DNA from: Sandaracinaceae bacterium
GTDB lineage: Bacteria > Myxococcota_A > Polyangia > Polyangiales > Sandaracinaceae
NCBI GenBank assembly: GCA_044220955.1
Contig: JBGAQA010000029.1
Coordinates: 1-64,000, forward strand
Direction: 5' to 3'
DNA length: 64,000 nt
Both the position numbers and the translations under genes were made by a program. The notes under the pieces were generated by a model. That model searched no databases. It saw nothing but the letters and a program-made list of their open reading frames with translations, and was not told the origin of the DNA. Below are positions 1-11,524 of the stretch, piece by piece (position 1 is the stretch's first letter; every line of letters begins with the position of its first letter).

Positions 1-1
1 C

Positions 2-217
<216 letters not shown>

Positions 218-233
218 AGGGTCAGGGAGAAGC

Positions 234-539
234 ATGACGACCAAGATCCGCATCCGCCTGAAGGCCTACGATCACCGGCTGCTCGACCAGAGCACGCTGG
301 AGATCGTCGAGACGGCGAAGCGCTCGGGCGCCCGCGTCGCGGGGCCCATCCCTCTGCCCACGCGCATCAATCGCTTCACCGTCCTGCGCGGCCCGCACGT
401 CGACAAGAAGTCGCGTGAGCAATTCGAGATCCGCACGCACAAGCGGCTCCTCGACATCCTCGATCCCAACCAGCAGACGCTGGAAGCCCTCATGAAGCTC
501 GACCTCTCCGCGGGTGTCGAGGTCGAGATCAAGAGCTGA
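234..539 (+). CDS. rpsJ: 30S ribosomal protein S10
   Basis: [35 protein letters not shown]. Confidence 0.99.
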   Translation: MTTKIRIRLKAYDHRLLDQSTLEIVETAKRSGARVAGPIPLPTRINRFTVLRGPHVDKKSREQFEIRTHKRLLDILDPNQQTLEALMKLDLSAGVEVEIKS

Positions 540-542
540 GCC

Positions 543-1169
543 ATGGCCAAACTCCCCGTCTACAACCTCAAGCGCGAGTCCGTCGGCGAGATCACCCTCT
601 CGGACGACGTCTTCGGGCGCGAGGTGAACCAGGACCTCCTCTACGAGGTCGTGAAGTCCCAGCTCGCTTCGCGTCGTGGTGGCAACGCCAAGACGAAGAA
701 CCGCGCCGAGGTGACCGGCACGACCAAGAAGATCTACAAGCAGAAGGGCACGGGCAACGCGCGCCACGGCGACCGCAACGCCCCGAACTTCGTCGGCGGC
801 GGCCAGGTGCACGGCCCCGTGCCGCGCAGCTACGCGTACCGGCCCACCCGCAAGATGCGGCAGGGAGCGCTCACGAGCGCGCTCTCGCTCAAGGTCAAGG
901 AAGGCGCGCTCACGATCGTCGACTCGTTCGACCTCGGCGAGATCAAGACGAAGGCGCTCGCGGGCGTCCTCGCCGCGCTGAAGGTCGATCGCGGCTCGCT
1001 GATCGTCGACGCGATGGCGAACCAGAACCTGCGCCTCTCGGCGCGCAACCTCTCGGACCACCAGGTGCTGCCGCCCGAAGGCGTCAACATCTACGACGTG
1101 CTCCGCCACCCCCACCTCGTGCTCACCAAGAGCGCGGCGCAGGCGCTCGAAGCGCGCTGCAAGGCCTGA
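543..1169 (+). CDS. rplD: 50S ribosomal protein L4
   Basis: [33 protein letters not shown]. Confidence 0.97.
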   Translation: MAKLPVYNLKRESVGEITLSDDVFGREVNQDLLYEVVKSQLASRRGGNAKTKNRAEVTGTTKKIYKQKGTGNARHGDRNAPNFVGGGQVHGPVPRSYAYRPTRKMRQGALTSALSLKVKEGALTIVDSFDLGEIKTKALAGVLAALKVDRGSLIVDAMANQNLRLSARNLSDHQVLPPEGVNIYDVLRHPHLVLTKSAAQALEARCKA

Positions 1170-1180
1170 CGGAGACGACC

Positions 1181-1471
1181 ATGCAGCTCGAGCACGTCAT
1201 CAAGCGCCCGCTGCTCCTCACGGAGAAGGGCAACAACATGCGTGAGACGGAGAACAAGTATCAGTTCGAGGTCGCGCGCGAGGCCAACAAGCACGAGATC
1301 AAGGACGCCATCGAGACGCTCTTCAACGTCACGGTGGTCGACGTGAAGACGCTCGTGGTCCGCGGGCGCCTGCGCCGGATGGGCCGGGGGCACGCCAAGA
1401 CGCAGAACTGGAAGAAGGCGATCGTCGAGGTCAAAGCCGGCGAGACGATCGAGCTCGGAGAGGGTAGCTGA
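1181..1471 (+). CDS. rplW: 50S ribosomal protein L23
   Basis: [32 protein letters not shown]. Confidence 0.97.
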   Translation: MQLEHVIKRPLLLTEKGNNMRETENKYQFEVAREANKHEIKDAIETLFNVTVVDVKTLVVRGRLRRMGRGHAKTQNWKKAIVEVKAGETIELGEGS

Positions 1472-1473
1472 TC

Positions 1474-2298
1474 ATGGCCATTCGCCACTTCAAGCCGACG
1501 TCCGCCGGGCGCCGCTGGTTCGAGGTCCCCGACCTCGCGGGTCTGTCCAAGGACGGGCCGGCGAAGAAGCTGACCGAGGCCAAGAACACGATCGACGGCC
1601 GCAACAACCAGGGTCGCATCACGAGCCGCTTCCGCGGCGGCGGCCACAAGCGCCGCTATCGGGTCATCGACTTCAAGCGCAACAAGATCGGCGTGCCGGG
1701 CAAGGTCGCGTCGCTCGAGTACGATCCGAACCGCTCGGCCCGCATCGCGCTCGTCCGCTACGCCGACGGCGAGATCGCCTACATCCTCGCGCCCGATGGC
1801 CTCAAGGTCGGCGACGCGATCGTCGCGTCGAAGAACGCGGACATCCAGCCCGGCAACGCGCTGCGCCTCCGCTTCATCCCCGTCGGCACGATGATCCACA
1901 ACATCGAGCTCAAGGTGGGCAAGGGCGGCCAGATGGTCCGGTCGGCCGGCGCCGCCGCGCAGCTCATGGCCAAGGACGGCAACTACGCGCAGCTCCGCCT
2001 CCCGAGCGGCGAGGTGCGCATGGTCCACCTCGACTGCCGCGCGACGGTCGGCCAGGTCTCGAACCTCCAGCACGCGCGCGTCTCGCACGGCAAGGCCGGC
2101 CGCTCGCGCTGGCTCGGCCGCCGCCCGCACAACCGCGGCGTCTCCATGAACCCGGTCGATCACCCGATGGGCGGCGGCGAAGGCCGCACCTCCGGCGGCC
2201 GTCATCCCTGCTCGCCGTGGGGTCAGCTCAGCAAGGGCAAGAAGACCCGCACCAACCAGACGACCGACAAGTTCATCATCAAGCGCCGAGGCAAGTAA
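1474..2298 (+). CDS. rplB: 50S ribosomal protein L2
   Basis: [30 protein letters not shown]. Confidence 0.99.
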   Translation: MAIRHFKPTSAGRRWFEVPDLAGLSKDGPAKKLTEAKNTIDGRNNQGRITSRFRGGGHKRRYRVIDFKRNKIGVPGKVASLEYDPNRSARIALVRYADGEIAYILAPDGLKVGDAIVASKNADIQPGNALRLRFIPVGTMIHNIELKVGKGGQMVRSAGAAAQLMAKDGNYAQLRLPSGEVRMVHLDCRATVGQVSNLQHARVSHGKAGRSRWLGRRPHNRGVSMNPVDHPMGGGEGRTSGGRHPCSPWGQLSKGKKTRTNQTTDKFIIKRRGK

Positions 2299-2301
2299 GT
2301 C

Positions 2302-2619
2302 ATGCGTTCAGCCAAGAAGGGTGCCTTCGTCGACGGGCACTTGCAGGACAAGATCGAGAAGGCGCTCAAGGCCGGCGACCGCCGCGTCATCAAGACGTGG
2401 TCGCGCCGCTCGACCGTGACGCCCGAGTTCGTGGGCCTGAACTTCAACGTCCACAACGGGCGCAAGTTCATCACCGTGTTCGTCACCGAGAACATGGTCG
2501 GCCACAAGCTCGGCGAGTTCGCCCCGACCCGTACCTTCGGCGGCCACGCGGCCGACCGCAAGGTCGCCCGCCCTTCCGGAGCGCCCCCGGCCCCGGCGGC
2601 GGCCGCGCCCAAGAAGTAG
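2302..2619 (+). CDS. rpsS: 30S ribosomal protein S19 with Ala/Pro-rich C-terminal tail
   Basis: [24 protein letters not shown]. Confidence 0.98.
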   Translation: MRSAKKGAFVDGHLQDKIEKALKAGDRRVIKTWSRRSTVTPEFVGLNFNVHNGRKFITVFVTENMVGHKLGEFAPTRTFGGHAADRKVARPSGAPPAPAAAAPKK

Positions 2620-2628
2620 CCACTCCGT

Positions 2629-2653
2629 GATCCCCCTGTGATCCAGGGGGATC
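2629..2653 (+). terminator. Perfect 10-bp hairpin after rpsS (terminator or processing stem)
   Basis: GATCCCCCTG-tgatc-CAGGGGGATC followed by a pyrimidine-rich tract, no clean U-run. Confidence 0.45.
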
Positions 2654-2686
2654 GTTCCTGGTCCCTGTTTCTGGTTCGATCATCCC

Positions 2687-2715
2687 TTGAGGGTCGACCC
2701 CCTGCGTGTTAGATC
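2687..2715 (+). promoter_or_regulatory. Putative sigma70-type promoter upstream of rplV
   Basis: TTGAGG-17 nt-TAGATC with extended TG at 2707-2708. Confidence 0.45.
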
Positions 2716-2768
2716 CCGCGCCCTTTTTCGGCCGGGCTCGCAGCCAGGGTACGGCCGAGGTTCTGACG

Positions 2769-3113
2769 ATGGAAGCCCACGCTCAAGCACGATTCCAGAG
2801 GATCGCGGTCCGCAAGGCCCGCACGATCGTGAACCTCATCCGCGGAAAGAACGCGGCCGAGGCGCTCGAGATGCTCCGCTTCACCCGCAAGGCGGCGGCG
2901 CCGATCGTGTTCAAGATCCTGGACAGCGCGATCAGCAACGCGCGCGCGAAGGACGCGAACGTCGATCTCGACAACCTGCGCGTCACGACGGCGTTCGCCG
3001 ACAAGGCGCCGGACCGGTTCATGCGCCGCTGGCGCCCGCGCGCCATGGGGCGCGCCACCAAGATCGTGAAGGGCATGAGCCACATCACGATCATCGTCTC
3101 GGACGGAAACTGA
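2769..3113 (+). CDS. rplV: 50S ribosomal protein L22
   Basis: [34 protein letters not shown]. Confidence 0.97.
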   Translation: MEAHAQARFQRIAVRKARTIVNLIRGKNAAEALEMLRFTRKAAAPIVFKILDSAISNARAKDANVDLDNLRVTTAFADKAPDRFMRRWRPRAMGRATKIVKGMSHITIIVSDGN

Positions 3114-3123
3114 GAGGACGACA

Positions 3124-3777
3124 GTGGGACAGAAGACGCATCCGTTCGGGTTCCGCCTCGGGGTCATCAAGACCTGGAATTCCAAGTGGTACGAGGACAA
3201 GAACTACGCGAAGTGGCTCCACGAGGACATCGCGCTCCGTAAGCACGTCCGCGAGGAGCACGCGCACGCGGGCATCGCCGGCATCGAGATCGAGCGCGCC
3301 GCCAACAAGGCCAAGGTCATCATCCAGACCTCGCGCCCCGGCATCATCATCGGCAAGCGCGGCGCGGGCGTCGAGCAGCTCCGCGCGGATCTGCAGAAGC
3401 TGACGTCGAACGAGCTCTTCGTGGACATCCAGGAGGTCCGCAAGGCCGAGACGAACGCGCAGCTCGTCGCCGAGAACATCGCCACGCAGCTCGAGCGCCG
3501 GGTGGCGTTCCGCCGCGCGATGAAGAAGGCCGTCCAGACAGCCATGAAGTTCGGCGTGAAGGGCATCCGCGTGTACGCGGGCGGCCGCCTCGGCGGCGCC
3601 GAGATCGCGCGCTCCGAGAAGTACCGCGAGGGGCGCGTGCCGCTGCACACGCTCCGCGCCGACATCGAGTTCGGCACGGCCACCGCCAAGACCACCTACG
3701 GCACGATCGGCGTGAAGTGCTGGATCTTCAAGGGCGAGGTGCTCCCGCAGCGCCGCCGCCGCATTCAAGCAGTCTGA
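3124..3777 (+). CDS. rpsC: 30S ribosomal protein S3
   Basis: [34 protein letters not shown]. Confidence 0.99.
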   Translation: MGQKTHPFGFRLGVIKTWNSKWYEDKNYAKWLHEDIALRKHVREEHAHAGIAGIEIERAANKAKVIIQTSRPGIIIGKRGAGVEQLRADLQKLTSNELFVDIQEVRKAETNAQLVAENIATQLERRVAFRRAMKKAVQTAMKFGVKGIRVYAGGRLGGAEIARSEKYREGRVPLHTLRADIEFGTATAKTTYGTIGVKCWIFKGEVLPQRRRRIQAV

Positions 3778-3798
3778 GACGGACAGAGAGACAGCGTC

Positions 3799-4215
3799 AT
3801 GCTTCAGCCCAAGCGCACCAAGTTCCGCAAGTCGCACACGATGCGGCTCACCGGCGTCGCGAGCCGTGGCAACAAGTGCTCCTTCGGTGACTTCGCCCTC
3901 CAGGCGACCGAGGGCGGCCACGTCGACTCGCGCGAGATCGAGGCCGCACGCATGGCCATCATGCGCAAGGTCAAGCGCGCCGGAAAGCTCTACATCCGGA
4001 TCTTCCCGGACCGCCCCTTCACCCGCAAGCCGCTCGAGACCCGCATGGGCACCGGCAAGGGCGGCGTCGAGGGCTGGAACGCCCACATCCTGCCGGGCCG
4101 CGTCCTCTACGAGATGGAGGGCATTCCCGAGGAGCTGGCCCGCGAGGCGTTCCGCATCGCCGGCCACAAGCTCTCGATCAGCACGCGCGTCATCGCGAGG
4201 AGTGAGCAGCTGTGA
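3799..4215 (+). CDS. rplP: 50S ribosomal protein L16
   Basis: [23 protein letters not shown]. Confidence 0.98.
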   Translation: MLQPKRTKFRKSHTMRLTGVASRGNKCSFGDFALQATEGGHVDSREIEAARMAIMRKVKRAGKLYIRIFPDRPFTRKPLETRMGTGKGGVEGWNAHILPGRVLYEMEGIPEELAREAFRIAGHKLSISTRVIARSEQL

Positions 4216-4412
4216 AGACCGCCGAGCTTCGTGAAAAGACCGACGAGGATCTCGTCGAGCTCGAGAAGACGACCGCCCGCGAGCTGTGGAAGTCGCGCTT
4301 TGCGAACCACTCGAACCAGCTCGACGACACCAACAAGGTGCGTCGCCTGCGCCGCGACATCGCGCGCATGAAGACCCTCCAGACCGAGCGCGCGCGCGCC
4401 GCGAAGAAGTGA
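4212..4412 (+). CDS. rpmC: 50S ribosomal protein L29
   Basis: KTAELRE...[12 protein letters not shown]; position after rplP. Confidence 0.95.
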   Translation: MKTAELREKTDEDLVELEKTTARELWKSRFANHSNQLDDTNKVRRLRRDIARMKTLQTERARAAKK

Positions 4413-4425
4413 GCGAGAGATAGTC

Positions 4426-4737
4426 ATGGCCGAGACGACCGCAGCCAAGACCGAGAGCGCCGATACGCGCGGCAACCGCCGCACGATCATCGGGCGCGTG
4501 GTCAACGACACCGCGAACGCGGGTCGCGCGAAGAAGACGATCGTGGTCGAGGTGGTCCGCCGCCTGCGCGATCCCGTCTACGGGAAGTACGTGAAGCGCA
4601 GCAAGCGCTTCCATGCGCACGACGAGACGGAGCAGTACAAGACGAACGACGTCGTCGAGATCCGCGAGAGCCGCCCCCTGAGCGCCACCAAGCGCTGGGT
4701 GGCGATCCGCCTCGTGTCCCGTCCCGAGGAGGTCTGA
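4426..4737 (+). CDS. rpsQ: 30S ribosomal protein S17
   Basis: [34 protein letters not shown]. Confidence 0.98.
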   Translation: MAETTAAKTESADTRGNRRTIIGRVVNDTANAGRAKKTIVVEVVRRLRDPVYGKYVKRSKRFHAHDETEQYKTNDVVEIRESRPLSATKRWVAIRLVSRPEEV

Positions 4738-4738
4738 C

Positions 4739-5107
4739 GTGATCCAGCAGCAGAGCGAGCTCGACGTCGCCGACAACAGCGGCGCCAAGCGCGTGGAGTG
4801 CATCAAGGTGCTCGGCGGCTCGCGCCGCCGCTACGCGGGCCTCGGCGATCTGATCGTCGTCGCCGTCAAGGAAGCGCTCCCCACCGCGAAGGTGAAGAAG
4901 GGCGAGGTCAGCAAGGCCGTCATCGTGCGGACGAGCTACCAGTACCAGCGCTCGGACGGCAGCTACATCAAGTTCGACTCGAACTCGGCCGTGCTGCTCA
5001 ACGCGCAGCTCGAGCCCGTCGGGACGCGCATCTTCGGGCCGGTGGCCCGCGAGCTCCGTGGCAAGAAGTTCATGAAGATCATCTCGCTCGCGCCGGAGGT
5101 GGTGTGA
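4739..5107 (+). CDS. rplN: 50S ribosomal protein L14
   Basis: [29 protein letters not shown]. Confidence 0.99.
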   Translation: MIQQQSELDVADNSGAKRVECIKVLGGSRRRYAGLGDLIVVAVKEALPTAKVKKGEVSKAVIVRTSYQYQRSDGSYIKFDSNSAVLLNAQLEPVGTRIFGPVARELRGKKFMKIISLAPEVV

Positions 5108-5424
5108 TGTCGAGCCGAGTCAAGAAGGACGACGAGGTCGTCGTCATCGCCGGCAAGGACAAGGGCCAGAGGGGCCGCGTCATGCGCGTGCTCCGCGAGG
5201 TCGACCGCGTCCTGGTCGAGGGCATCAACAAGGTGAAGCGCCACACCAAGCCGACGCCGAAGAGCCCGCAGGGCGGGATCATCGAGCGCGAGCAGCCGAT
5301 CCACCTGTCGAACGTGATGCCGCTCGACAGCAAGGACGACAAGCCGACGCGCGTGAAGATGGGCACGGACAAGGACGGCAAGAAGGTCCGTCAGTCGGTG
5401 CGCAGCGGAACGACCCTGGACTGA
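5107..5424 (+). CDS. rplX: 50S ribosomal protein L24
   Basis: TGATG overlap with rpl[32 protein letters not shown]. Confidence 0.97.
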   Translation: MSSRVKKDDEVVVIAGKDKGQRGRVMRVLREVDRVLVEGINKVKRHTKPTPKSPQGGIIEREQPIHLSNVMPLDSKDDKPTRVKMGTDKDGKKVRQSVRSGTTLD

Positions 5425-5490
5425 GCGACCACGCAGATTTGAAGTCATCGAGCGGATCGCGACGCGACGGCTCGAAGGACGGGTAGGAAG

Positions 5491-6144
5491 ATGGCCGAAG
5501 AGAAGACCGAGAAGAAGAAGGCCGAGAAGGCCCCGAAGGCCGAGAAGGCCCCGAAGGCCGAGAAGGCCCCGAAGGCCGAGGCGCGGCCGAAGCAGCCGGG
5601 TGAGATGCCCCGCCTGCAGAAGTTCTATCGCGAGCACGTGATCCAGGCGGTCATGAAGGACCTCGGCCTGAAGAACGTGATGGAGGTCCCGCGCCTCGAG
5701 AAGATCGTGGTGAACATGGGCCTCGGCAAGGCCGTCGGGAACCAGAAGCTCATCGAGAGCGGCGCCGAGGAGCTCGCGAAGCTCACGGGTCAGAAGCCGG
5801 TCGTCACGAAGGCCAAGAAGTCCATCGCGACCTTCAAGCTCCGCGAGGGGCTCGCGATCGGCACGATGGTCACGCTCCGCAAGGACCGGATGTGGGAGTT
5901 CGCGGACCGCCTGATCAACCTCGCCCTCCCGCGCGTCCGTGACTTCAAGGGCGTCTCGAGCAAGGCGTTCGACGGCCGCGGCAACTACACGCTCGGCCTG
6001 CGCGAGCAGATCATCTTCCCCGAGATCGACTACGACAAGATCGATGAGATCAAGGGCATGAACATCACGTTCGTGACCACCGCTCGGACCGACGAGCAAG
6101 GCCGCGCGCTCCTCCGCGAGCTCGGCATGCCCTTCCGCAAGTAA
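5491..6144 (+). CDS. rplE: 50S ribosomal protein L5 with Lys/Ala/Glu/Pro-rich N-terminal extension
   Basis: [39 protein letters not shown]. Confidence 0.99.
   Translation: MAEEKTEKKKAEKAPKAEKAPKAEKAPKAEARPKQPGEMPRLQKFYREHVIQAVMKDLGLKNVMEVPRLEKIVVNMGLGKAVGNQKLIESGAEELAKLTGQKPVVTKAKKSIATFKLREGLAIGTMVTLRKDRMWEFADRLINLALPRVRDFKGVSSKAFDGRGNYTLGLREQIIFPEIDYDKIDEIKGMNITFVTTARTDEQGRALLRELGMPFRK
5518..5580 (+). repeat. 18-bp tandem repeat x3.5 encoding (KAEKAP)n
   Basis: aaggccgagaaggccccg repeated exactly three times plus a half copy. Confidence 0.9.
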
Positions 6145-6173
6145 CCAGATTCGAGAACAGAGAGAAGACGACC

Positions 6174-6359
6174 ATGGCCAGCGCCCGTGCATTCGCGAAG
6201 ATGGAGAAGGAGCCGAAGTTCCGTGTCCGGTACCGCAACCGCTGCAAGTCCTGCGGCCGGTCGCGCGCCGTGTACCGGAAGTTCGAGCTCTGCCGCATCT
6301 GCCTCCGCAAGTTCGCCCTCGCGGGCGACGTGCCGGGCGTGACGAAGTCGTCCTGGTGA
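6174..6359 (+). CDS. rpsN: 30S ribosomal protein S14, short Zn-binding (C+) type
   Basis: 61 aa; RCKSCGR...[14 protein letters not shown]. Confidence 0.98.
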   Translation: MASARAFAKMEKEPKFRVRYRNRCKSCGRSRAVYRKFELCRICLRKFALAGDVPGVTKSSW

Positions 6360-6401
6360 GTCGCGGCGTCATCTAGACCCATTGTCTGAAGGCTTGTTTC
6401 C

Positions 6402-6803
6402 ATGAGCAGCATGAGCAGCGACCCCATCTCCGATCTCCTCGCGCGGATCCGCAACGCCTCGCAGGCGCACCACGAGCGCACCACCATGCCGCTCTCGCGC
6501 GTCCGCGTGCAGGTGGCCGAGATCCTCAAGCAGGAGGGCTACGTGTCCGACGTGCAGGTCGACGAGGCCGGGCACGGAACGATCACGGTCGTCCTGAAGT
6601 ACGGTAAGAACCGCCAGGGCGCGTTCGTCGGCATGCGCCGCCGGAGCCGTCCGGGCCGCCGCGTGTACGTGGGCGTCACGGAGATCCCGAAGACGCAGAA
6701 CGGCATCGGCATCTCGATCCTCTCGACGTCGTCGGGGATCATGACGGACCGTACCGCGCGCGAGAAGGGCGTGGGCGGCGAGCTCCTCTGCGAGGTCTGG
6801 TGA
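6402..6803 (+). CDS. rpsH: 30S ribosomal protein S8
   Basis: DPISDLLARIRNA, SRPGRRVY, ILSTSSGIMTD, GGELLCEVW. Confidence 0.98.
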   Translation: MSSMSSDPISDLLARIRNASQAHHERTTMPLSRVRVQVAEILKQEGYVSDVQVDEAGHGTITVVLKYGKNRQGAFVGMRRRSRPGRRVYVGVTEIPKTQNGIGISILSTSSGIMTDRTAREKGVGGELLCEVW

Positions 6804-7402
6804 TGGCTGAAACGACACAGGCTCAGCGCGTCTCGCGCACCGGGAAGAAGCCGATCGCGGTCCCCGCGGGCGTCACGGTCACCGTCGCGAACGGCAAGCT
6901 CTCGGTCAAGGGGCCCAAGGGCACCGTCGAGCGCCAGCTGCACGAGGACGTGGACGTGGTCAAGGAGGGCGCGACGGTCGTCGTGAAGCCGAAGGCTTCG
7001 AGCGGCGATGCGGGCGCGCGCGTGCAGGGGCTGACCCGCGCGCTCGTGAAGAACGTCCTCGAGGGCGTCTCGGCCGGCTACAAGATCTCGCTCGACCTGA
7101 TCGGCACCGGCTACCGCGCCGAGGTGAAGGGCCAGGATCTCACGCTCGCGCTCGGCTACTCGCACCCGGTCAACTACAAGATGCCCGTCGGGGTGAGCGC
7201 CCAGGTCGAGACGATCGACGTCGCTGGCACGAAGAAGCCGCGTCTGCACCTGAGCTCGTCGGACAAGGAGCTGCTCGGTCAGACGGCCGCGCGCGTTCGC
7301 TCGTTCCGCCCGCCGGAGCCCTACAAGGGCAAGGGTGTCCGCTACGTCGACGAGAAGATCCGCGAGAAGGCCGGCAAGGCCGGTGGCAAGGGCAAGAAGT
7401 GA
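6803..7402 (+). CDS. rplF: 50S ribosomal protein L6
   Basis: SRTGKKPI, VKGPKG, LGYSHP, RPPEPYKGKGVRY. Confidence 0.98.
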   Translation: MAETTQAQRVSRTGKKPIAVPAGVTVTVANGKLSVKGPKGTVERQLHEDVDVVKEGATVVVKPKASSGDAGARVQGLTRALVKNVLEGVSAGYKISLDLIGTGYRAEVKGQDLTLALGYSHPVNYKMPVGVSAQVETIDVAGTKKPRLHLSSSDKELLGQTAARVRSFRPPEPYKGKGVRYVDEKIREKAGKAGGKGKK

Positions 7403-7493
7403 GATGATGGCTCGGCTGCGCCGAGCGATGTGAGTCCTATGTGGAGTCGGCGGTCCCGAGGGGAACGCCATCACGGCTCCGGAGGAAGTTCGA

Positions 7494-7850
7494 GTGGCTA
7501 CCGATACCGCACGTCAGCACCGCAAGACCCGCATCCGCAAGAAGGTCGAGGGCACGCCCGAGCGTCCGCGCCTCACCGTCTTCCGCAGCGCGAAGCACAT
7601 CTACGCGCAGGTCGTCGACGACACGAAGGGCTCGACGCTCGTCACCGTCTCGACGCTGAGCAAGGATCTGCGCGCGGACGCCGGCGACAAGGCCAAGACC
7701 GACGCCGCGAAGCTCATCGGCACGGCCGTCGCGAACGCCTGCAAGTCGAAGGGCATCGCCAAGGTCGTGTTCGACCGCAACGGGTACCTCTACCACGGCC
7801 GCATCAAGGCCCTCGCCGACGCGGCTCGCGAAGCCGGACTCGACTTCTGA
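7494..7850 (+). CDS. rplR: 50S ribosomal protein L18
   Basis: [39 protein letters not shown]. Confidence 0.98.
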   Translation: MATDTARQHRKTRIRKKVEGTPERPRLTVFRSAKHIYAQVVDDTKGSTLVTVSTLSKDLRADAGDKAKTDAAKLIGTAVANACKSKGIAKVVFDRNGYLYHGRIKALADAAREAGLDF

Positions 7851-7871
7851 GTCGACAGGAAGACCAAGAAC

Positions 7872-8393
7872 ATGCCCTCACAGATCGACGCAGAGAGCCT
7901 CGAGGACCTCAAGGAGCGGGTGATTCACATCAACCGCGTCGCCAAGGTCGTCAAGGGTGGTCGCCGCTTCAGCTTCAGCGCCCTCGTCGTCGTCGGCGAC
8001 GAGAAGGGTCACGTCGGCATCGGCCTCGGCAAGGCCAACGAGGTGCCGGACGCGATCCGCAAGGGGAACGACCGCGCTCGCAAGAACATCGTGAAGATCC
8101 CGCTCGTCGGCGGGACCATCCCGCACGCGGTCCACGCGAGCGCGGGCGCGGGCAACGTGCTGCTCCGTCCGGCCAGCGCCGGTACGGGCGTCATCGCCGG
8201 CGGCGCGGTCCGCGCGGTCGTCGAGGCGGCTGGCATCAAGGACGTGCTCTCGAAGATCGTCGGCACGAGCAATCCCCACAACGTCGTGCACGCCACGATG
8301 AAGGCGCTCCTCTCGCTCGAGTCGCTCGACGCCGTCGCCCGGCGCCGCGGCAAGGACGTACAGGAAGTCACGCACACGCCGGTGCAGGGCTGA
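7872..8393 (+). CDS. rpsE: 30S ribosomal protein S5
   Basis: [24 protein letters not shown]. Confidence 0.99.
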   Translation: MPSQIDAESLEDLKERVIHINRVAKVVKGGRRFSFSALVVVGDEKGHVGIGLGKANEVPDAIRKGNDRARKNIVKIPLVGGTIPHAVHASAGAGNVLLRPASAGTGVIAGGAVRAVVEAAGIKDVLSKIVGTSNPHNVVHATMKALLSLESLDAVARRRGKDVQEVTHTPVQG

Positions 8394-8445
8394 GCGAACA
8401 CCCGGGGCCGATCCGGCTCGCGGAATGAACAGCTAGGGTAGCGAC

Positions 8446-8634
8446 ATGAAGGCTAAGTTGAAGGTCACTCAGGTTCGCAGCGGGAGCGGCAAGGCCGACA
8501 CGATGCGCCGCACGCTCGCAGGTCTCGGCCTGAAGGGCCCGCATTCGCAGGTCGTCGTGGACAACACGCCGGCGTTCCGCGGGGCGATCAAGAAGGTCCT
8601 GCACATGGTCACGGTGGAGGAAGTCAATGGCTGA
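8446..8634 (+). CDS. rpmD: 50S ribosomal protein L30
   Basis: LKVTQVRS...TLAGLGL...NTPAFRGAIKKV; position. Confidence 0.95.
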   Translation: MKAKLKVTQVRSGSGKADTMRRTLAGLGLKGPHSQVVVDNTPAFRGAIKKVLHMVTVEEVNG

Positions 8635-9169
8635 CGAGCAGCAGGTTCCGATCCTCTCCCGCCTGCGCGCGCCGGAGGGCTCGGTCTCGCAGAAGAAGCG
8701 CGTCGGTCGCGGCGTGGGCTCGGGCGTGGGCAAGACGTCCGGTCGCGGTCAGAAGGGCCAGAAGGCCCGTCAGCCCGGCAACATCCACAAGCTCCACTTC
8801 GAGGGCGGCCAGATGCCGCTCAACCGTCGCCTGCCGAAGCACGGTTTCAACAACAAGTTCCCGACCGAGCTCGCGATCGTGAACGTCGGCGACCTCGACG
8901 TCTTCGCGGCCGGCGCGACCGTCGACCAGTCGTCGCTTCGTGAGAAGGGCCTCGTCCGCGGGGCGTGGGACGGGATCAAGATCCTCGGCAACGGCGAGCT
9001 CTCGCTGAAGCTCACGATCAAGGCCGAGGGCTTCTCGGCCTCCGCGAAGGCGAAGATCGAGAAGGCCGGTGGCACGATCGAAGTGATCAAGCACGAGCCG
9101 AAGCCGGTCGTGCGCCACTCTGCGTCGTCCCGCAGCGGCTCCGCCGCGGGCAAGAAGAAGAAGGCCTGA
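8627..9169 (+). CDS. rplO: 50S ribosomal protein L15
   Basis: RVGRGVGSGVGKTSGRGQKGQKAR, FEGGQMPL, KILGNG. Confidence 0.98.
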   Translation: MADEQQVPILSRLRAPEGSVSQKKRVGRGVGSGVGKTSGRGQKGQKARQPGNIHKLHFEGGQMPLNRRLPKHGFNNKFPTELAIVNVGDLDVFAAGATVDQSSLREKGLVRGAWDGIKILGNGELSLKLTIKAEGFSASAKAKIEKAGGTIEVIKHEPKPVVRHSASSRSGSAAGKKKKA

Positions 9170-9178
9170 GCCGATCCC

Positions 9179-10492
<1,314 letters not shown>

Positions 10493-10494
10493 CG

Positions 10495-11139
10495 ATGGAC
10501 TTGGTGCTCTTCGGGCCCCCCGGGGCGGGCAAGGGAACCCAGGCGAAGTTCCTCGTCGACAAGCTGGGGATCCCCCAGATCTCGACCGGCGACATGATGC
10601 GCGCCGAGCGGAAGTCCGGGAGCGAGCTCGGGCAGCGCTTCGACTCGTACATGACCAAGGGGCTGCTCGTCCCGGACGACCTGGTCATCGAGCTGCTCGA
10701 GAAGCGCCTGCGGGCCGATGACGCCCAGGCCGGGGCCATCTTCGACGGCTTCCCCCGGACCGTGGCACAAGCTGTGGCGCTCCAGGCCATGCTGAGCCGG
10801 CTGGGTCGGAAGATCGACCGGGTGATCGCGGTCGAGATCCCGGAAGACCTCGTAGTCGATCGAATTTCCGGCAGAAGAAGCTGCGAGCAGTGTGGACACG
10901 TCTACCACGTGCGCTATAACCCGCCCCCTCCGTCGGGCCGGTGCGAGCGCTGTGGCAGCGAGCGCATCATCCAGCGGGACGACGACCGGGAAGAGAAGGT
11001 CCGGCATCGCAACGTGGAGTATCTGGACAAGACGCTGCCCCTGCTCGCGCACTTCGAGGCTCTCGGGGTGGTCAAGAGGATCGACGGGGCCGGGAGCGTG
11101 GAAGACGTGACGCGGCGAGTAGACGCCGCGCTAGGCTGA
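10495..11139 (+). CDS. adk: Adenylate kinase with Zn-binding LID
   Basis: GPPGAGKGTQA, ISTGDMMR, DGFPRT, CEQC...CERC. Confidence 0.97.
   Translation: MDLVLFGPPGAGKGTQAKFLVDKLGIPQISTGDMMRAERKSGSELGQRFDSYMTKGLLVPDDLVIELLEKRLRADDAQAGAIFDGFPRTVAQAVALQAMLSRLGRKIDRVIAVEIPEDLVVDRISGRRSCEQCGHVYHVRYNPPPPSGRCERCGSERIIQRDDDREEKVRHRNVEYLDKTLPLLAHFEALGVVKRIDGAGSVEDVTRRVDAALG
10893..10920 (+). promoter_or_regulatory. Putative internal sigma70 promoter within adk
   Basis: TGGACA-16 nt-TATAAC inside a run of codons that are rare for this genome. Confidence 0.45.
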
Positions 11140-11150
11140 GAGAGGGCGTC

Positions 11151-11354
11151 GTGCCCGGTCAGGTCGAGGGAATCGTCGAAGAGGAAGTTCCCCGAGGCCT
11201 CTACCGAGTTCGCAGCGAGGACGGTCGAACCTTCCTCGCGGGTCTGCCGACGACGAGTCGGCACGGAATCGTGAAGTTGCTCCCGGGTGACCGGGTGATC
11301 TTGGAAGTGTCGCCGACGGACGACACGCGAGCGCGAATCAAGCGGAAGCTGTGA
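11151..11354 (+). CDS. Divergent translation initiation factor IF-1-like protein
   Basis: [16 protein letters not shown]...[19 protein letters not shown] at the canonical infA position; ISGKMR motif absent. Confidence 0.75.
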   Translation: MPGQVEGIVEEEVPRGLYRVRSEDGRTFLAGLPTTSRHGIVKLLPGDRVILEVSPTDDTRARIKRKL

Positions 11355-11367
11355 TGGAGAAAGTCCG

Positions 11368-11481
11368 ATGAAGGTCCGACCCAGCGTCAAGAAGATCTGC
11401 GAGAAGTGCAAGGTCGTGCGCCGCAAGGGCGTGGTCCGCGTGATCTGCGAGAACCAGCGCCACAAGCAGCGGCAGGGCTGA
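11368..11481 (+). CDS. rpmJ: 50S ribosomal protein L36 (Zn-binding type); below the ORF-track cutoff
   Basis: [37 protein letters not shown]. Confidence 0.99.
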   Translation: MKVRPSVKKICEKCKVVRRKGVVRVICENQRHKQRQG

Positions 11482-11524
11482 GTCGCCAACCTCCTCCGAC
11501 CAGAACGAATAGAGAGAAGCAGAC

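Noticed and set aside
5518..5580. Short tandem repeats (also 36621-36665) as a CRISPR array
   Set aside because: In-frame coding repeats without spacers; no cas genes
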